Shown: in pieces, positions 6,825 to 14,552 of the stretch
Position numbering within the stretch: the first letter of the stretch is position 1
How the letters are laid out: the number at the start of each line of letters is the position of its first letter
DNA from: an uncultured Pirellulales bacterium
GTDB taxonomy: Bacteria; Planctomycetota; Phycisphaerae; Sedimentisphaerales; Anaerobacaceae
DNA: 14,899 bases
Reading direction: 5' to 3'
NCBI GenBank assembly: GCA_964583405.1
Contig: CAZOVR010000062.1
Span: 1-14,899 of the forward strand
The notes under the pieces: generated by a model
What the model was told of the DNA's origin: nothing
What the model saw: only the letters and a program-made list of their open reading frames with translations
The model's database searches: none
Made by a program: the position numbers and the translations under genes

Positions 6825-6935
6825 CCCCCAAGCGGGCTTGGGGGCTAACCAAGTCGCCGTTTCGGCGACTGCTAAACATAATAACTCCTGACTGTGCCAG
6901 CATAAACAGAAAACCCCTGACTGTGCCAGGGGCTA
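6825..6935. repeat. Cluster of GC-rich hairpins and a 14-bp direct repeat in the spacer between the IS right end and the glycoside-hydrolase gene 3' end. They look REP-like or terminator-like.
   Basis: Hairpins are cccccaag-cggg-cttggggg (6825-6844), gtcgccg-ttt-cggcgac (6853-6869), and cccctg-actgtgc-cagggg (6914-6932). The direct repeat cctgactgtgccag occurs at 6887-6900 and 6916-6929. Confidence 0.45.
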
Positions 6936-7058
6936 AAAATTCTGGATTTTGGATGCTCGATGCCAGAGCACAATCGCTTCTGGATAGGCCCGTCTTCACT
7001 TCCGTCTACGTTGCACTTCGCCGAGACAGGTCGTTACGCCGTGGCAAGCACGTCGGTA

Positions 7059-8996
7059 TTACCGTCTTTCGAGGATTTTGGCGGCCCAGTCCATAGTAGA
7101 TGGACTTTGGCGTTCGGGGAATAAAGGCACGGTCAATATTCCTTCGTCATTCGCCCTTATAACAATATTATAATTCCATTGGCCGTTACGGGGATTGTAC
7201 CATCGAAAATCATAAGATTTATTGGGTTTGAATCCGGTTAATTTGGACATCACTGACTTGCTCTCGAAGTAGAGCAGGGCGAAGTTTTTTTTGCGAGTAA
7301 CCATCATAAACGACCAGCCGTCCAGACCCCTTTCCGGGCTATCAGGCGCTTTGCGTGGGTGTATATCTTTAGAGCCGGGCTGCAACTTCTGATATTTATT
7401 TCCTTCTGATAAAATAAACGCCGCCAGGTATTGCATATACCCGCCCGATTCGAATTTTAGCGCGTCCCAGAAATGCGGCCGGGCGCCTGCCGGTTCTCCT
7501 GTCGATGTAATATCATAAGCGCTTGTGCCGTGCACGTGTCCGGACAATCCACCTGAAAGGACCGAGCCGTACATCTGTGCGCGCGAGAAATAGTTATCGC
7601 GCTCCGAATCAGCAGGCGGCCGTTCACCGTTCGGCATATTTATTTCATGGTTCCAACCGGTGTAATACGGCTCGAAGTTTATAGCCGGGTACGGAGGCTC
7701 GAGTTTGAAAAGTGTTTCAATCGCAGCAGATACGCTGTGGTCACGAGGTTTGTTGCCCACGCTGTGCATTGTCAGCCATGGGCAATCCTGATTATGGCCG
7801 AACTGTTTATAAGTGGAATCATTGATTAGTGTAGTGTGCGGCTGTCCGAAAGGCAGCGGGCCGTATTTATTTAAGTGATATTTCAGTGCTTCATTGAATT
7901 CATCGGCGGTCAGGCTGTATTCTTTTGGTATCCAGTCGAGATGAATCCCGCTGAAGATGATGTTGTATGCGCCGTATCTCGAAATCAGGTATTGGACATA
8001 TCGTGCGTACGATTCATTAAAATCGAAATAAGCCTTCCACGCCGGGCAGTTATCTCTTCTTACGGTCTCCAATAAAGGCACGAAACCCTCATCGGACAGA
8101 TACCGCATCTTTTTATCGAGGCTCTGGAAGTACTCAGGAATGATATTATCGAAATCAGCTACGCCCTTATGTTTAGTTGACATCTTAAAAGGCCTGTTGC
8201 CGTATTCATCTCGCATATTCTTTGCGGTCAGCTTACCGCCTCTTACATGGTAATCGAATTTTTCCCAGGCATTTCTCAGGTATATACCGGCCGAGTCCGC
8301 ATAAGTATTTGCATAGCAGTCCGATTCCCAGTTCGGAAAGCAGGCTATCATACTGACTGAATTGTAGCCTTGCTTTTTTCGGTAAGTCACCGCATCCTCG
8401 AATCCTATTCCCGGCCCCGGCACATAATTCTCCGGCGGTGCAGCATTTCGAAACGGCAACCGCCACGTAGCCACTGCCAGCCATGTATCACCGACCATAA
8501 AGAACGGCGTTCCGTCGGCGTATTGTAATGCGTGTCCGTTTGGTGTCGGCCGAACAAAACCACGATGGTTCGGATTTCGCAGTTTTTCCTCTTGTGTCCA
8601 GTCAACAGCAATAAATTCTCCGGTATGACTGTTAAGCCCCTTATCTTCAGGCTGGTTCGAGCCGCTTGTCCAATGCCACTTGCCCGGCTGCGTTGCGACC
8701 ATGCGCACAACAAAAGTATTACCGCCGTCCCAGAAGCCATAAATTCGTTTTGAAAAGCTCGGGCCTTTCAGGTCTACCCAGCACGTCACATCCGTATAAC
8801 AATTTGCATATTCCTTTTCTGCTTTAAGCGTCACCTCCTTCACTTCCCACACGTGAATATCTGAAGGGCCATCAGCCTTGGCTGTATAGAGGGGAACGTT
8901 CGCAACAAACAGCAGACAAATACAGAAGGATAACCAGTTTTGATGCCTTGTCACGGCAGAGCGTGACGTAGCCGGATTAGTGTTCATAACAAGCAT
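7059..8996 (-). CDS. Secreted putative glycoside hydrolase, DUF4038 TIM-barrel type (GH140-like), with an N-terminal beta-sandwich and a C-terminal beta domain. It has a signal peptide.
   Basis: The 645-aa protein has a hydrophobic N-terminal region (…NWLSFCICLLFVANVPLYTAKA). The motif …ADGTPFFMVGDTWLAVATW… resembles the conserved 'DGxPFFWLGDTAW' of DUF4038/GH140 proteins. Family assignment is from recalled motifs, not a search. Confidence 0.6.
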   Translation of the reverse strand: MLVMNTNPATSRSAVTRHQNWLSFCICLLFVANVPLYTAKADGPSDIHVWEVKEVTLKAEKEYANCYTDVTCWVDLKGPSFSKRIYGFWDGGNTFVVRMVATQPGKWHWTSGSNQPEDKGLNSHTGEFIAVDWTQEEKLRNPNHRGFVRPTPNGHALQYADGTPFFMVGDTWLAVATWRLPFRNAAPPENYVPGPGIGFEDAVTYRKKQGYNSVSMIACFPNWESDCYANTYADSAGIYLRNAWEKFDYHVRGGKLTAKNMRDEYGNRPFKMSTKHKGVADFDNIIPEYFQSLDKKMRYLSDEGFVPLLETVRRDNCPAWKAYFDFNESYARYVQYLISRYGAYNIIFSGIHLDWIPKEYSLTADEFNEALKYHLNKYGPLPFGQPHTTLINDSTYKQFGHNQDCPWLTMHSVGNKPRDHSVSAAIETLFKLEPPYPAINFEPYYTGWNHEINMPNGERPPADSERDNYFSRAQMYGSVLSGGLSGHVHGTSAYDITSTGEPAGARPHFWDALKFESGGYMQYLAAFILSEGNKYQKLQPGSKDIHPRKAPDSPERGLDGWSFMMVTRKKNFALLYFESKSVMSKLTGFKPNKSYDFRWYNPRNGQWNYNIVIRANDEGILTVPLFPERQSPSTMDWAAKILERR

Positions 8997-9075
8997 GATT
9001 CCTTGAATGCAAAGACATTTTGTTACATGTTATAAGTATGTTTGAGGGCCAGCAAGAACCGCTCATTTTTGAAAG

Positions 9076-9150
9076 GGTGAGAGAAGGGATTTGAACCCTC
9101 GACCCCCAGATCCACAATCTGGTGCTCTAACCAACTGAGCTACTCCCACC
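9076..9150 (-). tRNA. tRNA-His (anticodon GTG) with genomically encoded G-1 opposite discriminator C73. The 3' CCA is not encoded.
   Basis: Reverse complement: G(-1)GTGGGAG-TA-GCTC-AGTTGGTTA-GAGC-A-CCAGA-TTGTGGA-TCTGG-GGGTC-GAGGG-TTCAAAT-CCCTT-CTCTCAC-C. This gives a 7-bp acceptor stem and 4-bp D stem. The 5-bp anticodon stem carries loop TT-GTG-GA. The T-loop is TTCAAAT. U8, A14, G18G19, U33 and the T54-T55-C56 triplet are present. Confidence 0.9.
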
Positions 9151-9194
9151 ATCAGACCGCTCATCCGGGCCAATATCAGCCCGCCGAAAAGCCA

Positions 9195-9223
9195 ATTTTA
9201 TCCACAAAACCTCGTGCAGTCAA
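9195..9223 (-). promoter_or_regulatory. Putative sigma-70 promoter for tRNA-His: TTGACT-N17-TAAAAT on the minus strand, about 45 nt upstream of the tRNA 5' end.
   Basis: The reverse complement of 9218-9223 is TTGACT. The reverse complement of 9195-9200 is TAAAAT. The spacer is exactly 17 nt. Confidence 0.45.
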
Positions 9224-9482
9224 TCCTTATCAGCCGCCGCTATTGACGATTATTCTCGTCAAGAACCCCAAATGCAGAAATAACAGGCAATTGTGTAAAA
9301 CTTTTTTGATTATTTCACCGCTCAAATGCGTAATATGCAGTAGAATCAGCCGTCTGCTTTTTTGTTCCTATATGGGGTCGTAAAATACAAAAAAAACTGT
9401 TTCGCAGGCGTATGCGACGAACTATAATGCGGCCAGAACGAAAGATGACGGTTATGAATTAGAATCTGATAGGAGAATAGCC

Positions 9483-10994
9483 ATGGACAGAACTTACGAA
9501 GTCGTCACCGCGCGGATGAGAAAACTCGGCCCCATCGTAACTATAATACTGGTGCTGCTGGTTGCCATTGGAATTGTCTTTGCCATTTCAGTAAAGAAAA
9601 TCGGCGGTAACCAGGTAGGCATTGTAAATAAAAAACTCGGCGGGGGCTCCATGCCTGCCGGTCAATTCATAGCCGTTAATGGTGAAAACGGAATTCAGGC
9701 GAAGGTATTGACGCCGGGATGGCAGTTCTGGCTGTGGCCGTGGCAATATGATGTCAAAGAAAAGCCTATGGTCGTTATAAAAGAGGGACAGGTAGGACTG
9801 CTAAAAGCCAATGATGGTAAAAGCCTTCCACCGAATACTATTTACGCTCCCAAATGGGAAGACCCCGATAAGATGAAGAACGCAGAGTATTTCCTCAGCG
9901 AAGGCGGCGGTTATAAAGGACCGCAGCTTACAGTCCTCGAACCCGGTACACACCCAATCAACGCAGAATTGTTTAATGTCGAAATCGTTCCTGTTACAAA
10001 TGTCAGAGCAGGCTATGTCGCCGTAATTAAAAGTAATGTCGGTGATACGGTCCAATCCGAAAACAGACTCGTCAAGCAAGGCCAAAGAGGTATTTGGGAC
10101 ACTCCTCTGTCGGAAGGTCAATACTACCTCAATACAAAAGCTTATGAAGTTACTATGATCGACATCCGCCAGATAAAGGTCAGCTATACGGCCCAGATAG
10201 AAAAAGGTGAGACAGAGGCAGGTCAGGCCATGAAACCGCTCGAAGTAAGAAGTAAAGACGGCTATACTTTCCCTGTTGACGTTCGAATCACATATAAAAT
10301 CGACAAAAAGAACGCTCCGCAGGTCGTAGCCAACATCGGTGACAATGAGCTCGTGCTCAATAAAATCGTGACTCCAAAAGTCCGGGCCATTTTCAGAAAC
10401 AATGCCGGAAAGGTCAAAGCACTTGATTACGTCCAGAATCGTGACCAGCAGGAAAAACAAAGTGCTTCTATGCTAAAGCAGGAACTGGAAAAAGAAGGTG
10501 TTACCTTCTTAAGTGTTAATATCGGTGATGTCGGTGACGAAAAGACCCTTGGAGCGCTTCTCAAAACACAGACCGACAGGGAAATAGCACTGCAACAACA
10601 GGCAACCTTCGAAGAGCAGCAACGAGCCGCCGTATCGCAAAAGGCCCTTACCAAAACCACCCAGGAAGCTGAGGAAGAAAAACGCTTGGCCACTGCCGCC
10701 TATAGCGTCAAAGTCGCAGAAGAAGACAAGAAAAAGAGAATCATCGACGCTCAGGCTCAGGCCGAGCAAATAAAACTCGTCGCCGAGGCCCAGGCCAAAG
10801 CCTATAGAATGGTCTCGGAAGTCATCGGCCCAGACAACGCCGCACTGATTGAGATAATAAAGATGGTCGCAGCCGAGAAGATCAAAATTACCCCCGACGT
10901 AATGTCAGGTGGTGCAGGTGCAGGTATGACCGACGCGCTTATGGGAACCATTCTCAAAGGCATGCTTAACAAAGAATCTTCTCCGAGACCATAA
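9483..10994 (+). CDS. SPFH/band-7 domain membrane protein, flotillin-like. It has an N-terminal TM helix, an SPFH domain, and a long Ala/Glu/Gln-rich coiled-coil tail.
   Basis: The 503-aa protein has an RBS AGGAGA 7 nt upstream. The TM helix is LGPIVTIILVLLVAIGIVFAISV. The C-terminal segment …QQQATFEEQQRAAVSQKALTKTTQEAEEEKRLATAAYSVKVAEEDKKKRIIDAQAQAEQIKLVAEAQAKAYR… is typical of flotillin coiled-coil regions. A terminator hairpin follows. Confidence 0.8.
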   Translation: MDRTYEVVTARMRKLGPIVTIILVLLVAIGIVFAISVKKIGGNQVGIVNKKLGGGSMPAGQFIAVNGENGIQAKVLTPGWQFWLWPWQYDVKEKPMVVIKEGQVGLLKANDGKSLPPNTIYAPKWEDPDKMKNAEYFLSEGGGYKGPQLTVLEPGTHPINAELFNVEIVPVTNVRAGYVAVIKSNVGDTVQSENRLVKQGQRGIWDTPLSEGQYYLNTKAYEVTMIDIRQIKVSYTAQIEKGETEAGQAMKPLEVRSKDGYTFPVDVRITYKIDKKNAPQVVANIGDNELVLNKIVTPKVRAIFRNNAGKVKALDYVQNRDQQEKQSASMLKQELEKEGVTFLSVNIGDVGDEKTLGALLKTQTDREIALQQQATFEEQQRAAVSQKALTKTTQEAEEEKRLATAAYSVKVAEEDKKKRIIDAQAQAEQIKLVAEAQAKAYRMVSEVIGPDNAALIEIIKMVAAEKIKITPDVMSGGAGAGMTDALMGTILKGMLNKESSPRP

Positions 10995-11022
10995 CGAATC
11001 AGGAAAACTCTGTAAGATTCAA

Positions 11023-11049
11023 GGCTCCCGCCAAGTCCGGGAGCCTTTT
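11023..11049 (+). terminator. Rho-independent terminator downstream of the SPFH gene (GGCTCCCG-loop-CGGGAGCC-TTTT).
   Basis: A perfect 8-bp GC-rich stem (11023-11030 / 11038-11045) is followed by TTTT. It lies 29 nt after the stop codon. Confidence 0.7.
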
Positions 11050-11064
11050 CATTTGCCCGCCAGA

Positions 11065-11117
11065 CTGTAAAAAATTGACGTTGCCATTTTACCAAATAAA
11101 GGCTGTCAAATTGACAG
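11065..11117. promoter_or_regulatory. Two related dyad sites about 90 and 130 bp upstream of the sigma-54 promoter. They are candidate enhancer-binding-protein (bEBP) upstream activating sequences.
   Basis: 11103-11117 is a perfect palindrome CTGTCAA-A-TTGACAG. 11065-11080 is a related imperfect dyad CTGTAAAAAATTGACG. The spacing to the -24/-12 element matches classical sigma-54 enhancer geometry. Confidence 0.35.
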
Positions 11118-11193
11118 TATTACACCGCCTGTAACTTCCCAAAATTCCCGAAAAAAACGCTTGTTTTGGACTTTCGGGCGACTTTCTTACTTT

Positions 11194-11209
11194 TGGCACG
11201 GCCTTTGCA
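11194..11209 (+). promoter_or_regulatory. Sigma-54 (RpoN) -24/-12 promoter: TGGCACG-gcct-TTGCA.
   Basis: The match to the sigma-54 consensus TGGCACG-N4-TTGCW is exact, including the GG/GC dinucleotides and the 4-nt spacer. It is located 76 nt upstream of the hsp20 ATG, with an SD between. Confidence 0.6.
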
Positions 11210-11284
11210 GTTTAGATAAGTGGAAAGAAAAAGTTCAAAAAGAGTTTGTGGACGTTAAGTAAAATAAAGAAAGGAGGTTTAACT

Positions 11285-11731
11285 ATGGCTCTGTTACCAG
11301 TACACAGAACGACACGCGGCGACATTGCCGGACTGCATCGGCAGGTGGACGAGATGCTGAGTTCGTTTTTCGGCGACTGGCCGGGCCTGAGTTTCGAGAG
11401 GAACCTCTGGCCTGCGATAGACGTCGCCGAGGACGACAATGAAATCACGGTAAAGGCCGAGGTGCCAGGCTGCAACGCCGAAGACATCGACATTTCGGTG
11501 CACGGTAATACCCTTAACATCAGCGGCGAAAAGAAACACGAGCAGGAAAAGAAGGAAAAGGGTTATTACCATATTGAACGAACCTACGGCAGTTTCCATC
11601 GTCAACTGAATCTGCCCGGCGGCGTCGAGACCGACAAAATCCAGGCTGCCTGCAAAAACGGTGTACTGACCGTTACGCTGCCAAAGCAGGAAAAGGCCAA
11701 AGCCACGAAGATTAAAGTAAAAAGTCAGTAA
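11285..11731 (+). CDS. Small heat-shock protein of the Hsp20/alpha-crystallin family, 148 aa.
   Basis: The alpha-crystallin domain is present, with the canonical C-terminal motif AACKNGVLTVTLPK. A strong SD AAGGAGG lies 7 nt upstream of ATG 11285. The ORF-track start at 11246 is an in-frame TTG inside the leader, and I prefer the ATG. Confidence 0.9.
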   Translation: MALLPVHRTTRGDIAGLHRQVDEMLSSFFGDWPGLSFERNLWPAIDVAEDDNEITVKAEVPGCNAEDIDISVHGNTLNISGEKKHEQEKKEKGYYHIERTYGSFHRQLNLPGGVETDKIQAACKNGVLTVTLPKQEKAKATKIKVKSQ

Positions 11732-11773
11732 GACAAGACACTTACTTGTGCTGCAAAGTGCTCCAGGTCTTAC

Positions 11774-11805
11774 GGGCCTCCGGTTATCCCGGAGGCCCTT
11801 TTATT
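11774..11805 (+). terminator. Rho-independent terminator after hsp20 (GGGCCTCCGG-ttatc-CCGGAGGCCC-TTTTATT). It also lies just past the 3' end of the convergent minus-strand gene.
   Basis: A perfect 10-bp stem is followed by a T tract. It sits between convergent stops at 11731 and 11817. Confidence 0.7.
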
Positions 11806-11816
11806 AAAATGTTCTT

Positions 11817-14552
11817 TTAGGGAAACATTCTGTTATCAAGCCAGTCCTGTGCCATGTGTGCAAAGTCTTCCAGGTCCACCGTGTAATCACCATCATGGTC
11901 GCTTTCCATCGTACTTTCCCACAGCCATTCATCCGCAAAACGGCTCAGTTCATCAATGTCAACCACGCAGTCGTCGTTTAAATCTCCAACAGGTCTGTCA
12001 AGGCATCGCGGAACGTACAGTCTGATATTGTCAATGTGAACCGTGCCTGAGCCGTCGGGAGTGCCGTCGCCAATTCCGATTTTAAATTCACTTATGTATC
12101 TCAGGTCGACGCCATGATCTTCGAATTTCTGCAGGGCAATATTCCACTCATGCCAGCCGTTGTCCGTCATATCGCCGCCTTCGTAGTTTACTTTCCACGA
12201 ACTCAAAGAAGTGTCTTCCACTCTTAAATACAGCTTGTTCAGGTTCGGCTCGCCCGTAAACCAGATGGACAGAGCTTCAACGCCGTCTTCGGTCCAGTCC
12301 CGGCTGCCGCTGTAGCTGCGATAGGCTTCGGAACAGTAGGGAGAATAGCTGTTGTTGAATTCAATCGCCATCGATGAATCGCCGCCGTGGACGGTGTCTT
12401 TCTCCAGCCGCAGAGAAGCGCCGTCTGCCTCGCCCCAGGCGCCGAGCAGTTCGTTTGTGTCTGCATACGACTCGAAGTCATCGACAATGTTGTATTCGGC
12501 CCTGAAGCTCCATATCGGCCCGAGCCAGGCACTCGGACTATTATAATCCTTCACTCGCCAATAATATGTTGTCTCCAGTTCCACAGCGGACGGCAAAGAG
12601 CAGTTACAGTCGCTGGCGCTAATCCTGACTGATTCGTTGCATTCCTGAACAAGTGTCCGGTCATTACTGTACCATACGTCTTGCCCCTGCGACAAATCCG
12701 CCAGCACGCCGGCTGTCCAGGACAATTCGTTTAGGTCTCCACCGACCGATTCACCATCTGCCGGAACCGGATTTTGTGCAAAGCAGCCCGGGCGATATTC
12801 GTTTTGACCTATACCCCAGACGGAAAAACCGCTGGGATTGATTATCATTACGATGTTGTTGGCATCATCGATGTTTACAGAATCGCCCACATCGGTAGTA
12901 ATTTCATTGAACATGTTAGAGAAACCGTCCCTGTAAACGGGTATCTTGTAAGGCCGCAATTGTGATTCGTAGGATATCCCCGCCTGCGAGACCATCTCGT
13001 CCGTATAAGGAAAAGCCAGGCCGGATATCACAGTCTCAATCAGCGGCTCGCAAGGGTCGTGCGAAGCAAGATTAGCCTCCGTGTCAAAGCCGACGCCGAC
13101 AATCCAGGATGCATCGAGAACGCCCGGCTGCTGGAAATCGGACGGCATCACATTGCTGACGCGAACCACTGTTACTGTCCCGGGTGTCGGCTGGTTGCTG
13201 TCGAACATTACCCAGGCCAGAGAGGCACACGGGTCATCCGGAAACCACGGGTCGTTCGGGTCCCACGGCTGATCCGGTTCGCACGGTTCTGCCACGCATG
13301 GGTCAACCGCAATCCATTCCTTCTGAGGTAAATTGGTTGCCCCTCCAAAATCGCGATTTCCTCCCCTGTGACGCCGCCCTCTTGGGCCGTATCCATGAAA
13401 GATTATTACGTCGCATGTTTTAGTCCCGGATACAATCAGAGTGCCCTGTGCATCTTGAATCCGGTATGGAATCTTGATTGACAATGACTGTGTAGGGGCA
13501 GGTGCTGGAGGCGATGGATGCGTTATAGGGTCTATCTCGACACTGAGCTCCCACTTGTTGGGACCAACCTGGCCCACGCGAACCTGCCCAACGACGCCGG
13601 GCTCGGCCCGATGGTAGGTCTTGCCGATAAGCGCTCCCATAAATGCACCCGGTCCCGGCTTGATAATACGACGACCGCCTCTGACTATACAACCCGGGGC
13701 ATCACTGCCGCTTAGCGTTAGTTCCACAACAACATCCTTTATCTCCCTGTGAGACATAAACAAAGGGCAATCTTTACATTTTGCTTTTACGGCGACATCA
13801 GGGACAGGCAGCCGGATAAGGCTGTCATAGTCCTCTGTTTCGCCGAACTCGAATTGTCCGCTGCCGTCCCAGCCCCCTTGCTCTACTGCATCGCCTACCT
13901 CGTCAATCTGCTCCCGCGTCAGTGTTGCGCGAAGCCATGCATGGGGACCTGGCTCCAGGGCGCTGGTTGGAACGTCGCCAAGCTCGACGGCAAAAGTCTC
14001 CGTCCTTCCAGGCGCGATATTTAGCTCCTGATTTACCACCAGCCATTCGGCCATACCTTCGGTGTTTCGCCATTCCTGGTCACGGTTGCAGTCGAACAAT
14101 ACGTTGAGATACCGCGTTCCCGCGGGGGCACTTGCACTAATTGTTACCCGGAAAACCCCCCACACCTTTGTCAATGGCTCCCCGAAGGGTGAACCCATAT
14201 TGTATGTGTACAGAAACAATACACCGTCGTCGTGACCGTCGTTATCAACGAGATTCTGCACTAAGTCGGGGTCGCACGGGTCCTCAGCGCCGACTTCGGA
14301 GCTGACAGCGATACCGAGCATTTCAAGCCCCGTTTTGAGGTGATGGGCTCCGGGGCCGCCCAGCCTGCTGTTGGTTGTTGCGAACTTGGTCGGAAAACCG
14401 CTGTTCGCTGAATCCGGGGCGTCGCCATAATCACCCCGCGGCTCGGCAGCCATTGAGCTAAAAGAGAACACGCCCATGGTGATAATCAGCGCATAAATAA
14501 TTATGCCTCTGCCGATGTCGCCCTGGAATTCTTGTTTAGCGTGAGTTTCCAT
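11817..14552 (-). CDS. Large secreted multidomain protein of 911 aa. It has an N-terminal signal/anchor and a region with DYGDAPDS…FEFGETEDY motifs, possibly a GEVED-like domain. An FN3-like segment (…TTYYWRVKDY…) precedes a galactose-binding-like/CBM-like module (DDFESY…WNIALQKFED…VHIDNIRLY). The C-terminus is dockerin-like, with two Ca-binding repeats.
   Basis: A strong SD AAAGGAGG lies 6 nt upstream of the ATG (reverse complement of 14553-14566). The N-terminus GIIIYALIITMGVFSFSSMAA is hydrophobic. The C-terminal repeats DLNDDCVVDIDEL and DHDGDYTVDLEDF fit the dockerin type-I pattern D-x-N/D-x-D-x-x-V-D. Domain calls are by motif recall, without a search. Confidence 0.8.
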   Translation of the reverse strand: METHAKQEFQGDIGRGIIIYALIITMGVFSFSSMAAEPRGDYGDAPDSANSGFPTKFATTNSRLGGPGAHHLKTGLEMLGIAVSSEVGAEDPCDPDLVQNLVDNDGHDDGVLFLYTYNMGSPFGEPLTKVWGVFRVTISASAPAGTRYLNVLFDCNRDQEWRNTEGMAEWLVVNQELNIAPGRTETFAVELGDVPTSALEPGPHAWLRATLTREQIDEVGDAVEQGGWDGSGQFEFGETEDYDSLIRLPVPDVAVKAKCKDCPLFMSHREIKDVVVELTLSGSDAPGCIVRGGRRIIKPGPGAFMGALIGKTYHRAEPGVVGQVRVGQVGPNKWELSVEIDPITHPSPPAPAPTQSLSIKIPYRIQDAQGTLIVSGTKTCDVIIFHGYGPRGRRHRGGNRDFGGATNLPQKEWIAVDPCVAEPCEPDQPWDPNDPWFPDDPCASLAWVMFDSNQPTPGTVTVVRVSNVMPSDFQQPGVLDASWIVGVGFDTEANLASHDPCEPLIETVISGLAFPYTDEMVSQAGISYESQLRPYKIPVYRDGFSNMFNEITTDVGDSVNIDDANNIVMIINPSGFSVWGIGQNEYRPGCFAQNPVPADGESVGGDLNELSWTAGVLADLSQGQDVWYSNDRTLVQECNESVRISASDCNCSLPSAVELETTYYWRVKDYNSPSAWLGPIWSFRAEYNIVDDFESYADTNELLGAWGEADGASLRLEKDTVHGGDSSMAIEFNNSYSPYCSEAYRSYSGSRDWTEDGVEALSIWFTGEPNLNKLYLRVEDTSLSSWKVNYEGGDMTDNGWHEWNIALQKFEDHGVDLRYISEFKIGIGDGTPDGSGTVHIDNIRLYVPRCLDRPVGDLNDDCVVDIDELSRFADEWLWESTMESDHDGDYTVDLEDFAHMAQDWLDNRMFP

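Noticed and set aside
6411-6999. ORFs 6411-6824 (+), 6446-6634 (-) and 6766-6999 (-)
   Set aside because: The first two are alternative-frame or antisense readings of the transposase N-terminal region and IS terminus. The last one spans the hairpin-rich spacer and has no start context.
7647-8753. Short ORFs inside 7059-8996 on both strands
   Set aside because: They are nested within or antisense to the 645-aa hydrolase gene, which has a far stronger coding signal.
9801-11095. Minus-strand ORFs 9801-10460, 10427-10693, 10509-10769 and 10802-11095
   Set aside because: They are antisense to the SPFH gene and rich in Cys/Phe/Ser low-complexity sequence.
11100-11285. HrcA/CIRCE or sigma-32 control of hsp20
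   Set aside because: There is no TTAGCACTC-N9-GAGTGCTAA inverted repeat and no sigma-32-like CTTGAA…CCCCAT-T pair. An exact sigma-54 element is present instead.
11212-11605. Minus-strand ORFs 11212-11520 and 11294-11605
   Set aside because: They are antisense to the well-supported hsp20 gene.
12239-14107. Numerous 60-97-aa ORFs on both strands inside 11817-14552
   Set aside because: These are GC-rich antisense or alternative-frame shadows of the 911-aa gene.
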